A stretch of 63,798 nucleotides of DNA, the filler included, from Choristocarpus tenellus KU-1152 (Eukaryota; Protista; Phaeophyceae): assembly GCA_964200185.2 (NCBI GenBank). It is 14 parts of 14 records of this genome, joined end to end, with 100 filler letters (N's around TTAATTAATTAA, not from the genome) between each part and the next. Parts side by side here need not be neighbours in the genome. Positions count along the whole stretch, not along the records: positions 32,762 to 35,840 come from CAXNAD020022472.1; positions 35,941 to 38,504 come from CAXNAD020026742.1; positions 38,605 to 41,359 come from CAXNAD020025022.1; positions 41,460 to 46,502 come from CAXNAD020012067.1; positions 46,603 to 49,974 come from CAXNAD020020468.1; 9 more parts are not named here. One strand, given 5' to 3'. The notes beneath the pieces were generated by a model, which saw only the letters and a program-made list of their open reading frames with translations, searched no databases and was not told the DNA's origin. Shown piece after piece: positions 35,771-48,773 of this stretch. Made by a program: the position numbers and the translations under genes. How positions within the stretch are numbered: position 1 is the stretch's first letter; the number at the start of each line of letters is the position of its first letter.

Positions 35771-38604
35771 ATGTATGGAGTAATGGAAGAATCAATTAGT
35801 GGTTGATTTATCAGAACATTTTACTAGTGATTAGTTTAAGNNNNNNNNNNNNNNNNNNNNNNNNNNNNNNNNNNNNNNNNNNNNTTAATTAATTAANNNN
35901 NNNNNNNNNNNNNNNNNNNNNNNNNNNNNNNNNNNNNNNNCCCCCCCCCCCCCCAATTCCTCTTTCTTGGACCTGAAGTGAACATCGGCCAGGCTGTTTG
36001 TCCATGGTATTATGTGTGTTGGCTAATCTTCGTTTTTCTTTGTTTCTGAATATATTTTGATATGATACATATATATATTTGAAGCTTTGACACATGTATT
36101 TCCTGGTTTGTTGTTGGAGGACAACAGATCTGTTCACTACTTCTTTGCATCCACAATAAGAATAGAAATAACAATATCGCATGCAAAGAATAGGCTGAAG
36201 AGGAGGAGCAACACTGTAGCAATAATCTCATGGAGATTGAAATCATTACACACATCAACATCAGTGTAGATTCACACCAAACCAAACATCGATAATACTA
36301 AAGAAGAGAAAATGCACTACACTGCTTACCTGTTCCCAGTAAGTAGTAGGGCTCAGATGCAGTCGTAAACCTTCATGATCTTTGAGGCACTTATCTGGAA
36401 TCAACCGTGCTTTCACATCAGAATATGATAAACATAACTAGACGTGGGAGCAATATATATGCTCGTTATCATAGCCCTGTGTTTGTAGCATTAGGTCTAG
36501 GTCTAGGGTATTGACAGTAATAGCATTATTGGCACCCTTCACCCATAAGTGCAAAGCAATGTTTACTCACCTTCCGATACAAAATGAGGTACTGTCAACA
36601 ATTGAGTGTACACATCAACTTTCATGTCATACTTCTCATTATCCTTTTTCAAAGTGGCGACACATCTATGCCCCAGCCGTTCCTTCTGTTCCTGCATCTC
36701 TCTCTCCCCTGATATGCATGTTCATCTCCGCAGTCCACCTCCCCTAGTCCGTACTTACCAAAGCGTAACCCGTGCCTGAACCTAAGCCTATCCCAGTACT
36801 ATAATTTTAGTATGATGTTAGCAGACGCAAAGTGGGAGATGTCCGTAGCCATCGCCAAACCTGCCCCTTTCCCTTGCCACCTGTACCTTAGCTATATATT
36901 GTTAATTGAACACCATCAAGGTGATGGTTGACCCAGAATGTGATTTGAATCTTTGCTGTCTCGCAGGACCCCGACCTATGATGCCATCACTGTTAGTGTC
37001 GATTCCCTGTGAATCACTTTGAGGGTCAAAGTCACATATCTCACAGCTACAAATGCATGCTGAGGTTGAACACCAAGGTTCAGGTGTATAATGGAGAAAG
37101 TGATGAGGAAGGAGGTACCCTGTCCTGACCATAGAGACAGCAGACTATCCTCATCCCACCCCTCTTCCCTTCTGCTGGTAGTATTGATAATGTATTCTCC
37201 TACCTCCTCTCCCCGTGATAAACTTCTGACATTGCACAGGTTTGAACCCACAAAATTCATGACGGGAAAAACAACGTGATTTTGGAGCCCACCCTATTCT
37301 GCCCCACCTACCCAATGGACTCACAAATTTGGTTTAGGGGTGCTCATAATCGTGCGTCTTAAAAAACGTGCACAAGGAACTCGAACGGCACTCAATCCCA
37401 CCTCAAAAAGAGTAACACTGCGCTACTAGAGAGCTTCACTCCGTTCCATATTAGTAGACACACACAACATTTGTAATAGTAGAGATATGCCATTTGTAAA
37501 TATAGAGTACACACAATTTGCGAAAGCACTAATGCTCTCTATGTTCTTCTTTTTTGCTAGTTCTAGGGTTGGGGTATATCTACTCTGTCTGTAGCATCAG
37601 AAAAAAAAGCGTACCAAAATTTACTACCAGGTGACCCTGAAAGAACTTGACAAGAAGAACATGAAACGATTTATGGATCTACTGGTCCACCGGTCTGGTC
37701 AAAGCACTGAAGGGCAGCAAGTTGAGCAAGAGGCATCTCAGTACTTGAAAATGCCTACTGTCTTCACCTCCATAGCCATTACCACAGCCACCTCTGTTGA
37801 CACCCATTCCATCGTTCTGTGTGTATGTGTGTGTGTGCGCGCGTGTGTGTACCTCCAAGTTGAGCAACATTAACTACGAGCAACGAGATAATTTCCAGAT
37901 GGAGATTGCTGCCGTGGAACAGGCAAATAGAAGGGAGCAAGATGACTTCGAAAACCAGGCAAGTGATTGATAAAGGTCTTGCACAAGAAGCACAGTAAAG
38001 GTAATGAACGTTCGGTGGAGGGTTAGGGGTCTCTCCTCCACACTGTCTACCTGTGCAGGCAGAAATCACGCAGTGTAAAACGACGACCTGGAAGTGTGTG
38101 TTCCCGCTTTCCAGAGTGCTTGGTGCCTCCATTGAAGCATAATGGTGATAAGAATTGAGTGTCATTTGAACTCACTGTTTGCAACAACAATAGGAGGGAG
38201 AGTGTTTGCGTGGGCTCTCGTAATGGGTGCAGGCTGTTCCATCATCATCTGACCAAGAAAAAAAGGTCCTTTGTTGCTTTGTACATTTATTAAAGCAACA
38301 ATAGCATCTAAGAGTGGGTTGCCAGGAATTTTCTAGGGTCTCCACTGCTGCCTCTTGTCTCACCTGCCTTCTTCTCAGCCACAGGGGGGCGGGGGGCGGG
38401 GCGGGGGGGGGGGGGGGGGGGGGGGAAAACCCTTAAAAAAAGGGGCCAAGGGTTTTTTCGGAATTTTTTGGGGAAAACCAAAAATGGGAGGGGCCCACGT
38501 CGGANNNNNNNNNNNNNNNNNNNNNNNNNNNNNNNNNNNNNNNNNNNNTTAATTAATTAANNNNNNNNNNNNNNNNNNNNNNNNNNNNNNNNNNNNNNNN
38601 NNNN

Positions 38605-38686
38605 TACTGTAAATGCCCTTTTCCTGATTTTGGTCCAAATGGACACCTTGGTGTAGGCCCCCCCCCCCTCCCAGATACTTTGGGAG
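38605..38686 (-). mobile_element. MITE family B, truncated by gap
   Basis: ttttcctgattttggtccaaatggacaccttggtgtagg(c)n tcccagatactttg. Confidence 0.8.
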
Positions 38687-38691
38687 TCCTT

Positions 38692-38823
38692 CTCATAACA
38701 AAAACATTTTACCTACTCCGAAACATTTTGGAGTAGGTAAAATGTCATTGAAAACCCGTGAGAAGCCAAGCCCCCAAATGGACAAACAGGGAAAAAATCG
38801 TACCCTCTAAGATACTTTCACTC
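38692..38823 (+). mobile_element. MITE family A, right half
   Basis: Internal hairpin acattttacctactcc/ggagtaggtaaaatgt and right TIR taccctctaagatactttcactc. Confidence 0.85.
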
Positions 38824-39498
38824 TGAAACAATAGTTTCATCAAGGGGCTCCAGGAACTGATAATCTAAACTCTTAAGCCCTATGTGGAATTTCTAGTCGT
38901 GTGTGGGATGGGGAGGGGAAAGGTGGTCTGATATCAAGTCGATCATGCCTCAGGTGTACGTGGTACAAATTGCTGTCGCATGGCTTCAGGAGGGCTACGT
39001 GCAGCGGGATCTTTGTGGTTTAAGGGAAACCTCGTGTTTCAAGGCTCGATAGATAGGGGAGGGGGGGTCTCATGGTTCAGATATATGAGTAGAATCAGTG
39101 AATATTACGTTTCCATGTGCGTATTGTGCTTTGAAGAACAACACTGTGCAGTAGTCCCATCACTCCTGCTACCAGGGTTCATTTGAACTCTAGGTCAAGA
39201 TGTTCTGACCCTGAATTGTGTACCTCCTGCAGCTCTCTTTCTTCTCGTGAGAGAAGGGATCAGGTAGCGTTGACCTCTCTCAATCGCCTGTCTATATCAA
39301 AGTATTCATTGAGTGATCCGAAGCAAAAATGCAGCTCGAAATATTCTAGACACATTCCTATCTCATTGACCTCCTGAGGACTTGTCCACAGATCCCGCTC
39401 ACATAAACACAGCATGTGTTTCTGCACTGATACTTAGTATGTGTTGTCCTGGCCTACGGCCCCTTTTTGGGTCCAATGCCACATGTTACCTTGCACAG

Positions 39499-40962
39499 TA
39501 CGAACTAGAGAACCTACTGAAGGATTTGCCTGGGATTAAAAGTACAAAGGTGGAGTACAGCACTCTTGAGGGGAAGGCCTGCACTGAGGATGGGAACACA
39601 GTATCCATTACTTTCAAAGACAGTACAATCGAGGTAATCAATATCCCCCACTATCAAGGCATTGTAAACAGAAGAATGCCAAATAAATTGAATGATAATT
39701 AATGCAGCAATTTGATCTGATTTTGAACTCCTAAGCAAGTAGTACAAGAGTCCCAGTACAAGCCAAATGAACTTTGAGGGACTGGCGTGGGGTGGAATTG
39801 AAGGAGGTTGTTACTAGTAATCATTAGTCGAACTGTCTCTAGAATATGTTGGTATTGCACATGATGCTGTCATCAGCTTGACAGACAAGCTGGTACGCTA
39901 TAGGTTTTCATGAAGCCAGTCATATGCAAGATTGACCTTGATCGGTCTACTGACTATTCGCGTTTAGCTTGTCTTGCCTCATTTTTCCCTCTCAATTTCC
40001 GATTCTCCCTCTCTCTTTTCAATGCCATCAGTGTTCTTCCTCACTTTTGCTTGGCATTCCTCCTTTCTGACCACTTGTTCTCTCCTACAATTCACTTGAT
40101 ATCGACCTTTGCCGTGCTGACATTGTAGGGGAGAGATGGAGACCTCCCGGAAATAGAGCTAGACTATATGAATGCACCAATTGATCCTCTCACTGGAAGG
40201 AGCTGGGGAGATGGGAGACGGCTGTGGTTTGGTTGGAAAAATAGCCTGACGGGAGAACCTGAGAGAGCAGAACAGGTTAGTTACATTTGGACCTTGAAAC
40301 ACTAGAGATGGAGAGACTACTTATCAGTGGACAGGAGACAATTTCGAAGTCACCACTACTGTACATTTTGTTGTAAGTGTAGATGATACCTGGATGGTTA
40401 GGTTCTGAGTTATGGGCATGATAAAAAAATTCAAATGATCTTCAGGGATAATGCCCTTATCTGGAACTCTCTGTCTGATAGATAACTGAACAAATTCCTC
40501 CTTCCAATAGTAGTACACTCTTGATTGCTCGGACCGATAGGACTGACACACATACGCGTTCGAACATTTGTTTTTTGCTCAAACAATCTGCTCTACCCCG
40601 CCCTCAATTGGGCTCCATGCTAACTTTCTAGGATCTTGCCCATGTACCTACCCTAGCACTTTGGCCACCGAGTGTGTTGTCATATATGTGCGCATGAAGG
40701 TATTGTATGGATCCTGCATCAAAGTGAATGGGGCTGTGTGGCTATGATGCTAAAATGTCAACGAATTTTCCAGGATCTCACCCTAGCTGGCTATATCAAG
40801 GATGACCTTGGGAAGGAGGAATTGGGAGACAGAGCTCTATCAGGTGTAGAGCTTGGACCTGTTGAGGAAGTAATTAAAGGGTGGGCCCCAGATGACCGCT
40901 TGGCAACCTTATACAACGGCTCAGAAACGGACACTCTAGTCTTCAGCTACACTGTCCAAAAG
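39499..40962 (+). CDS. Internal exons of a large stramenopile-type cell-surface/extracellular protein (partial gene)
   Basis: Exons 39499-39633, 40129-40275 and 40774-40962; all AG/GT-bounded, phase 0 and stop-free. Protein: YELENLLKDLPGIKSTKVEYS...ACTEDGNTVSITFK...GDLPEIELD...LATLYNGSETDTLVFSYTVQK. The first motif resembles the LE.L..I..V.V.....C...G....TF....GDLP repeat of stramenopile giant proteins; the last resembles the A.Y..GSGT..L.F.YTVQ.GD adhesin-type repeat. Confidence 0.75.
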
Positions 40963-41186
40963 GTTAGAAAAAAGGGAAGAGCGGTGTCTAGGTCTACTGT
41001 AAATATGACCTAATGCAGGATGGGGTGACCATCCAAATGTTGTTGTGATAAGCTTCATTGTGTCCTCCCTACCCATGCTCTTGTTTGGCATTGAGAATTA
41101 CATGCAGGTAAACCACACCGCAGTGCTTACATATTTTTGTGGTGCATAGATTGAGGGGGTTTGTCATGTGATAATTTAGTGCAATT

Positions 41187-41359
41187 GAGTGAAAGTATCT
41201 TAGAGGGTACGAGTTTTTCCATGTTTGTCCATTTGGGGCTTGGCTTCCCACGGCTTTTTATTGACATTTTACCTACTCCAAAATGTTTCGGAGTGGGTAA
41301 AATATTTATATTATGAAAAGGAGTGTCCGGAACAAGGATATTGACGTCTCCTAACAAAC
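41187..41359 (-). mobile_element. MITE family A, truncated by gap
   Basis: gagtgaaagtatcttagagggtacgagt... plus the internal hairpin. Confidence 0.87.
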
Positions 41360-42929
41360 NNNNNNNNNNNNNNNNNNNNNNNNNNNNNNNNNNNNNNNNN
41401 NNNTTAATTAATTAANNNNNNNNNNNNNNNNNNNNNNNNNNNNNNNNNNNNNNNNNNNNCCCCCCCTCCCAGATACTTTGGGTCAACAGACACAGGTATC
41501 GGAGTAACTTTGAAATATGGCCATATACCTGCCTTGCCTTGTATGGATATCATTACGCATGTCTCCATGTGGGGATGCTGAACTCCATCCCTTCCTTGCA
41601 CTGTGTTGCAGTTGCGAATAGAGAAGCAGTTCCGCATGTTAACAACTTCGCCTTGAGCACCCGTGACATACCAGAACAACAAGCTTTAAGAGGTAGAGAC
41701 TGCTCCCAGTACCGCTGCAGTCTTTGATCGACTGTAAGGATCGCATCTTGGATAATTCTATTAAATAAGTCACTTGAGCGTCAATCCTAGGAGCCAGGGC
41801 CACTCTCTCTGATTGCTTTACACTCTTCAAAGATACCTGACGAAACTGTGGGGATTGCACTAAAAACAAGGGGCCTATGGTGGGGATCGGACACAAGAGG
41901 GGACTTGCACAGGTTCCTCAACCACAAAAGATGTGTGGTCAGCAAAGTACAACTATATCGTAATATGATAGTAAGCACTCCTTCAGGATAAAGGAAACAA
42001 AGAGCAACAACGTCTCACCTACTCTATTTTACCCTGTATCGGATGGAGATTAATTTTCCTCGCGGTATAACAGAGCGCAATGCATAATTAGAGAGAAACA
42101 AAAGTATCCCAAGATATGCATCAATTCAGCACATCGTGTTTCCCTCCAAGTCACCCCAGCTACACACAGCCGTAACCCACATTGCAAGCTATTACTGGAT
42201 TCAGCCACCAGTACGGTTGGAGGAGGGCCAGGTTGGCTAGTTTCTGCACATCTTGAGCCCCCTGGAAAACTCTCTTTCAATTGCTCAAACGCTTGCCATG
42301 GCAACATTGTTGACTGAAGCTTTTGACCCCATCATCTCGAAGGGTCTGGTTCAGCAAAGACGAGTGCTATACAACAGCGTAGTGTCGGGTGGTTTGGACC
42401 TGAGCTTCTAAAGTAGCAGGGGTATAATAGAGCCAGCGCACAAAAACATTCTGTCCTTGTTTTCTATTTTGTAAATCAATACGCGAAATACGAAGGTTTT
42501 AGAACTATTCATTTGGGAAATGAGTTGAAGCTTGTATTAGTCATTACCCACAGTGCTGGAGTTACGATTGAGAATGTTTTCACAACAATGGTCGACTTAT
42601 AGATTGATTAGATTGTGTTTTTTACACATGCTCCTCGACCCACATTCACAAAACCAGACGAGTATGCGACCCGACAGTAGTACATAATAGGGCAAATGCT
42701 GTCCTCTGAGTGCTAGGGGATGAATTATAGATAGACAGAGGTCTTCTTAGGTGTAGGTGATGTCAAAATAGTAGGCTCCGGTGGTGTACACCTTGCAAAG
42801 TTTTTGCGGTGAACATAATTTTCTTTGTAGCATTATTCTATTCCACATATCTGACCCTGGTAGTAATTGTTGTGCTATTTGTGTAATGCGTTGTGAAACG
42901 TGAAAAATATTTTTCAAAGACCTGGATCG

Positions 42930-44250
42930 TCTTTTTTCATGGATGTCATCGCATGTTACTTAGCCGTATCTTAATCCACAACGTGAAGTTGTGCTGGGGA
43001 GCAGGGAGCTCCTTCAGCTCTACCTAGATATCCGCATTAAGAAATTTCCTCAAGGTTATGATACTTGCGCCCATGAAGGAAGTCCAAAGCAAATAGTAAT
43101 TGCTGCAAGGACTTATTTACCACCCCAAGGCCTGATCCATGTAGGTCCAAACAAAATGTTCTAAGATGTCAAAAGAGTTTAGAATTATCTAATGCTCCAA
43201 CAGTAGATACATAATCGCAGCCCAAGGCGAGGGTATAACCTAGCACTGATAGGCAATTACCTCAAAACAGGAACGGTGGACCTCCAGCTAGCCCAAGGAA
43301 GAACCAAACTTAGTGGCATGCCATCCCTCCGATCCACTACTCATACCATGTTTATGACAACATCGTTTTGCTATCCTGTTCAGTTCAAGACACAGTTGTT
43401 GTCCTCACTGATTGATGGGTAGGTACATCAGAGAACGAAATACTTTATCAGAAGTGGAATGGCGCTAGGATGGATCTTGACTATGCTCCGGAGGTTACCC
43501 TTGAAAGAAAGAGACCAGCACCAGCCCACACACCATTCTCATTTGGAAACATTGATGCACTACCGTGAACTACCGAATGTGGATTGGTCCCCCCTTCCCT
43601 GCAATGCATCAGGTATTGCATAAAATGAAGGAAAATGCCGCCCGCTATCGGCATTCAGACCTTGACCAGCAGGTGGTAGCTACTACCAAGAGTACATTTC
43701 ATGGAGATCACTATGGGGTAATATTAATGGCACTTTCCATGGGTGCGTCGCTACATTATTTCCAGAAGTACACATGGGGTGTTATGTTGTCAGCTGTAGA
43801 GAATTGGACTGCATGCATCACCCACCCCTGTTTTGTAATGATGCAGGACTGCAAACATATGCGAGTAGAGAGTTCAACGTTTGACTTGGTCACAACTCTG
43901 CTAAAAGCGCTGTTTTTGGTCGCCACAAATCTATACACTTCTCAGGGAGAACAGTAGATAGAGTCCGTGCAGTACCAAATCTACTAGGTATGAAAAGTTA
44001 CAACAAAAACTCATTAACCAGCCCAACACCATTTCTATATTTTTTACTCAAAGCATGTTTGATTCTGATATAGACAACATTGGCGAATCTTGCATACTTA
44101 AACTTGATTAACAAGCTCCTATTACAACACACACATAAAGCATCTCCCTCACGATTCTTTGTTTCTAGACCTGCCTCCGTGGCTACTCGAAGAGAATTCA
44201 TTATCATGAAACATTTTGCAAGGGTGAAGAATTGTGCTCAGTGAGAGTCG
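42930..44250 (+). mobile_element. Highly decayed DIRS-like retroelement (methyltransferase-like and tyrosine-recombinase-like remnants)
   Basis: MWIGPPFPAMHQVLHKMKE resembles the W..PP....VL.K motif of the DIRS DAM-like domain. Downstream, SAKSAV...H...G and LTILCF*TCLRG resemble the YR N-terminal and Arg motifs. Many stops; limits approximate. Confidence 0.35.
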
Positions 44251-47200
44251 TCGGAACACCTTGAAGGGAACAGCTCTGATTATCTGAAATCATTACTTTG
44301 AAGTAGCCAGTAGTGAAATTTCCATTGAGGGACCTTGACTGGCCAGATGTCGTATGTTCGTCCTCTCGTATTGGGTAAGGAAGGGCATTGGAGATCAGTT
44401 GTGCTGTACTGCAGGAGTATCGAATACGACATTACAACCTCGGGTTATGGTGCACACAGAGAAGACTGTACTTTGTCAATTCGTTTCACACCTCCACACT
44501 CCTAGATGGTGAATGTGGAGAAGATGTTCACAGCATGAATGTTGCACTACCTATCCACTATGTACAGGAGAAGGGCAAAGATCTGCTACATGTGTCCCTT
44601 AGGCAACGCAGGGAAGGGTGTGGTGAACAACTTGCAGGGAACAAAAAGTGACGGACAGGTGGAAGCCCGTTCAACAGTTGTTGTTGAGGTCACCGTGAAA
44701 ACCCGTCTCGGTTTCAGGTTGAGATCCTGTTCCTCAATCGGCAAGAAAAAGTTTGTAGAAGTAAAAAGACGAGCTTTCCCCACAATTACAGACCCCAGCA
44801 AGAAGATGAAGGAGAAGGGCACCAACATTCGATTTTCTGCTTAGAAAGGACTGTCCACCTCCTTACTGTTGACTCACTGCACCCGTTGGCCACAATAACC
44901 CAAACCAACCCTCGCCTATGTAATGCCTAATCGTCTGCAGGCCATTTTTGACCGTGCTGGCGTACTCCCTGGTACACCGGAGTAGTGGAGAAATTATGTC
45001 CGATGGGGGCCTTTTCCACCCCAAGTCGTTTCCCCATCTCTGAAGGAAGATGCAGTTGGATGCATTCGCTAGTCATGGATTGAAGGGGTAGAATATCCTT
45101 CAGGAAGTAGAGGTCCGGTGATGGGGAATTGAGGCCATTCTTAATATAGCCATTATCATCTCCAACAATCCTCCCTCGCACACACTGCACAATCTAATCG
45201 TTTCATTAGTTCACTGTTTTCAATCCTAACTCCATACATGAAGGGAGGGTCAACCCACTCATGACATTTTATGGTACGATATACTATCAGAGTAACAGCA
45301 ATCACATGGAAGAACAGGAGGTTTGGTTTAGTTTTATGTTTCACCTTATTAGGCAGAATAAAAAGTCCCTTGTACTTGGTTGCATTTTTGACTTACCCAT
45401 CTCCACTTTTGTTTCGAATTTGGGACTCGAACTTTTGAGGAAAGCACGTTAGTCTGTTCTTATACCGTTATTACCTTATGCCATATACCGTTGTACCGTT
45501 GTACCGATTGAGGTTCCTTGTCAGGCATCCATGATTCCACTGGCGAACCTTCAAGAATGAAACCATGAATCTCTTCACAAGACCAATCCCACAGACTTGG
45601 GACAGTTCGTCATTCAGAGTTGTCACACATGGAAGATTCACTTTGTTCTCTCTTCTTGACTTGTGGTGATGAAGCCCCATCTTTGAAGGTGCTCATCACT
45701 CCTCAATATGCACTTGTTCAACCTCAACCTCGTACCCTCGGTCACGGTTCGTCTTTGTTCATCTGGTCCGCCTTGCCCGGTGATTCTCTTCGCCACCCTT
45801 GTCTGAGTGAACCACGCCGCCACAGAATCACACGATTCACACTTTTAACACTTCGAAAGAGGAAAACAGCCTCATAGAATTGGTGCGTTGTAAGGGCAGA
45901 AACTACTTGGTTTTAGAGGGTGCGTACGCAAGAGAGACACAAAGAGCCAGTGCTGGTAATATATATATATATATATTATTCTACGATAGTAGTACAGCAA
46001 CACTAACGCGATTTTTTTTAGTGGTTCTTATTAAAGAACGTGAGAACTATTATATAGAAATAATGAACACACACATCAACACACACGTTTATTAGAAAGT
46101 AGTACACTAGTTCATGTCCTAATGGAGATGACTCACAGATCCCCCTAAAAGGAAGGCCAAGCAATCTTATGTTGCAGTCCCCCGAAAGTGCTCGATTCTT
46201 AAGGACGACCAACATTAATGAATGGGCCACCTCGGACACCTTACGCCGCTTACACGAATCCTTTGTCCTATGCCTGAGTTCAATTTCAAGTCACACCGTA
46301 CTCCACGGATTGATCGGCCACAGTCCTTGAACGGTCTAAACGAAGACTAACAAAGTTCCTATATGTTGGGTTTCAAGTGTTAACAGTCAATCTACAACAG
46401 TCCAACACAGTGAAGGCAGCACATCTTGTCGCCTCTCAAGTCTAATCGTCAAGCCAAGAACTGTATGGATTTCTAATGCTCTGGGTCATATCTGTGGGGG
46501 GGNNNNNNNNNNNNNNNNNNNNNNNNNNNNNNNNNNNNNNNNNNNNTTAATTAATTAANNNNNNNNNNNNNNNNNNNNNNNNNNNNNNNNNNNNNNNNNN
46601 NNCCCAAAGCCCCCAAGTCAACCCCCCCTTCGCCACTGCCCCACCACTTCCCAACATAATCCCAGCACCACTGATATCCTGGTCCAGCCTCACTACCACT
46701 AGTTTCTGATACCGTTTTCCGACAGAACTCTGCCTCAACAGTATCACCACTTTTCTCAGAAGTCCTCCAAGCTTGTTTAGCAGTCTTAAGCATTGCGTCC
46801 AAATTTTGACTATCTTCCCTACCAGTAGCCTTTTCTACCATTATGTCTCTATGTGTCCCTTCATGTCTCTAGCCGCATCATCCAATGTGGATATGAGGGC
46901 ACCAATAATGTGCCCATCCATCCTAATTTTTTTCCTTGACTCTGCTTCCAACTTCAAGTCCTCCTCAGCAGCCCACGTAACAGCTGTCGGCTCCTCGATC
47001 CTGGGTTTTCTACTAGCCCGGACTCCCTCATTGCCGCCATACACTCCACTGAAGAGGACTCCACAGCTCCCCCATCCTTGCTTAAGTCACATGAAGACGT
47101 GGACCCTTCTTTTGCGGGTCCCTCTCTCACACACTCATGTCAAAGTCTTGGAGCACATCATTGGATGGGGGCCCATATATTGCAAACAGGAGAACTTATG

Positions 47201-48551
47201 GGGACCCAACCATCTGGCATTTTTTTTTGAGAGGGAGGAATAGGGCCACTTTAATCTCAGTCGCCGCTGGAGATTCACCTTCGTCCTCCCGCCCCCCAAC
47301 AAGGTTGATGGTACTCCCAGTAATCCTCGATTTCTCCTGTTCCTCCCACAACAGGTCGTACAGCTTCTGCAGGCAGTCCGTCTCCTGCTCCCCAGACCGC
47401 ATCTTTCCTCCGAGAACAAGACTGGGAACCAAGAAAAGTGTTGGATATGTGTGTGTTAAGATGCTCCCCATTGAGCATTGTGATTACGGATTTCAGGTGT
47501 GTAACCTACAAAAGTGAAGTGTAATACAGCAGGAGCTCAAGCAACATCAATCATCTTACTCACGTCAGCCAGGCGGGAGATGTACACGTTGATGACAATC
47601 TTCAGTGCCTTAGTCCACCTGGACCATATCGAAGTGTTTGAACATAGGAATGTCCTCAGAATGCTCTTCTTCCCACTTCCAAAGATTGTCTGGACCAACA
47701 CTTCCTTTGTAAGAGTCGGGGGGGGGTCAAGTCTGGGACTTCCTCTCCTAACCACTTCAAGGATCCAGGGACCGTCACATCCATGTATGCTGGCGTTGTC
47801 AAGGCATGTCTCATATTCCGTGAAACTGTGCTCCCACGTTCCTTCACGGACCTCGCCACATAGGTAATGGGAACGGCTTCAAATGACCAGCAGTCATCTT
47901 TGAACCACACATATTCTTCAGTCTCCTGAGTACCCATGACACTACAGTATTCAACTCGAAGCCTATGCCCGTAACCTCATCCTCACAAGCCATGATTCAG
48001 TGTTCCAATAATCTTGTATTGGTATTGGCTCTCCAGTATTAGACGTTACGGTGCAGTGGTGTGATGGTGATACTGGGAGGTCTTGTACATTATGGCGTCG
48101 GCAAAATCGAAATGAAACCTGTAGTATAACTCGCAACAACCAGAGGTGCTGTTCTTTTTTCCCATTCAGATTTTCAGTGAAAAGCAAAACCAAACAGAAA
48201 AAAAACGTGCTTATAGGAGATGGGCTCAGCCCTCAAATCTTCGGAGAACCTTGAAGAGAATCCCAAATCCGCCAGATGACGTCACATCTTGGTGATAGTC
48301 AACGGCAAGAGGTCTGAGAATTCTCAAGAGTTCTCTGTGTTTGATGTTGGTGGGGACATCACCAACATCAAAGAAATGTGCGCGAAATGCACTTGTATGC
48401 GCGCGCGGATGTGTACCTGGACTGTGATCAGCTCTTAAATGGACCTGTCCGTCACATCACCCCCCCCAGTGTGAGCTCTGTCTGCGCACGAGAAAAAAAA
48501 GTGGCTGGCCGGCACATCATGGCGAACGGTCCCGTGCGAGAAAAGAAAAAA

Positions 48552-48773
48552 TAATCATTTGGGTATCCCAAGAATGTTCAATGAGCCAATTCGGAGGATT
48601 TCCTTTAAAAGGTGTCCTCAACAAGGTTGGAACCCCTAAGTGTGGTCGTAGTAAACTAGAGAAAAAGAAGAAAAAATCATGAAATCATCATTTGGGTATC
48701 CCATAAATGTTCATGTAGCCAATTTGGAAGATTTCCTTGAAACATTGTCCTCAACAAGGTTGGAACCCCAAAG
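48552..48773 (+). repeat. Direct tandem duplication (~88-bp unit, ~133-bp period)
   Basis: atcatttgggtatccca..aatgttca...agccaatt.gga.gatttcctt.aaa...tgtcctcaacaaggttggaacccc occurs twice. Confidence 0.85.

Noticed and set aside
38380-38504. G-rich tract as a G-quadruplex or regulatory element
   Set aside because: Homopolymer-rich sequence after poly-G at a contig end is typical of low-quality read tails.
44540-45830. Minus-strand coding-like fragments
   Set aside because: Short, disrupted and without a recognisable family motif.
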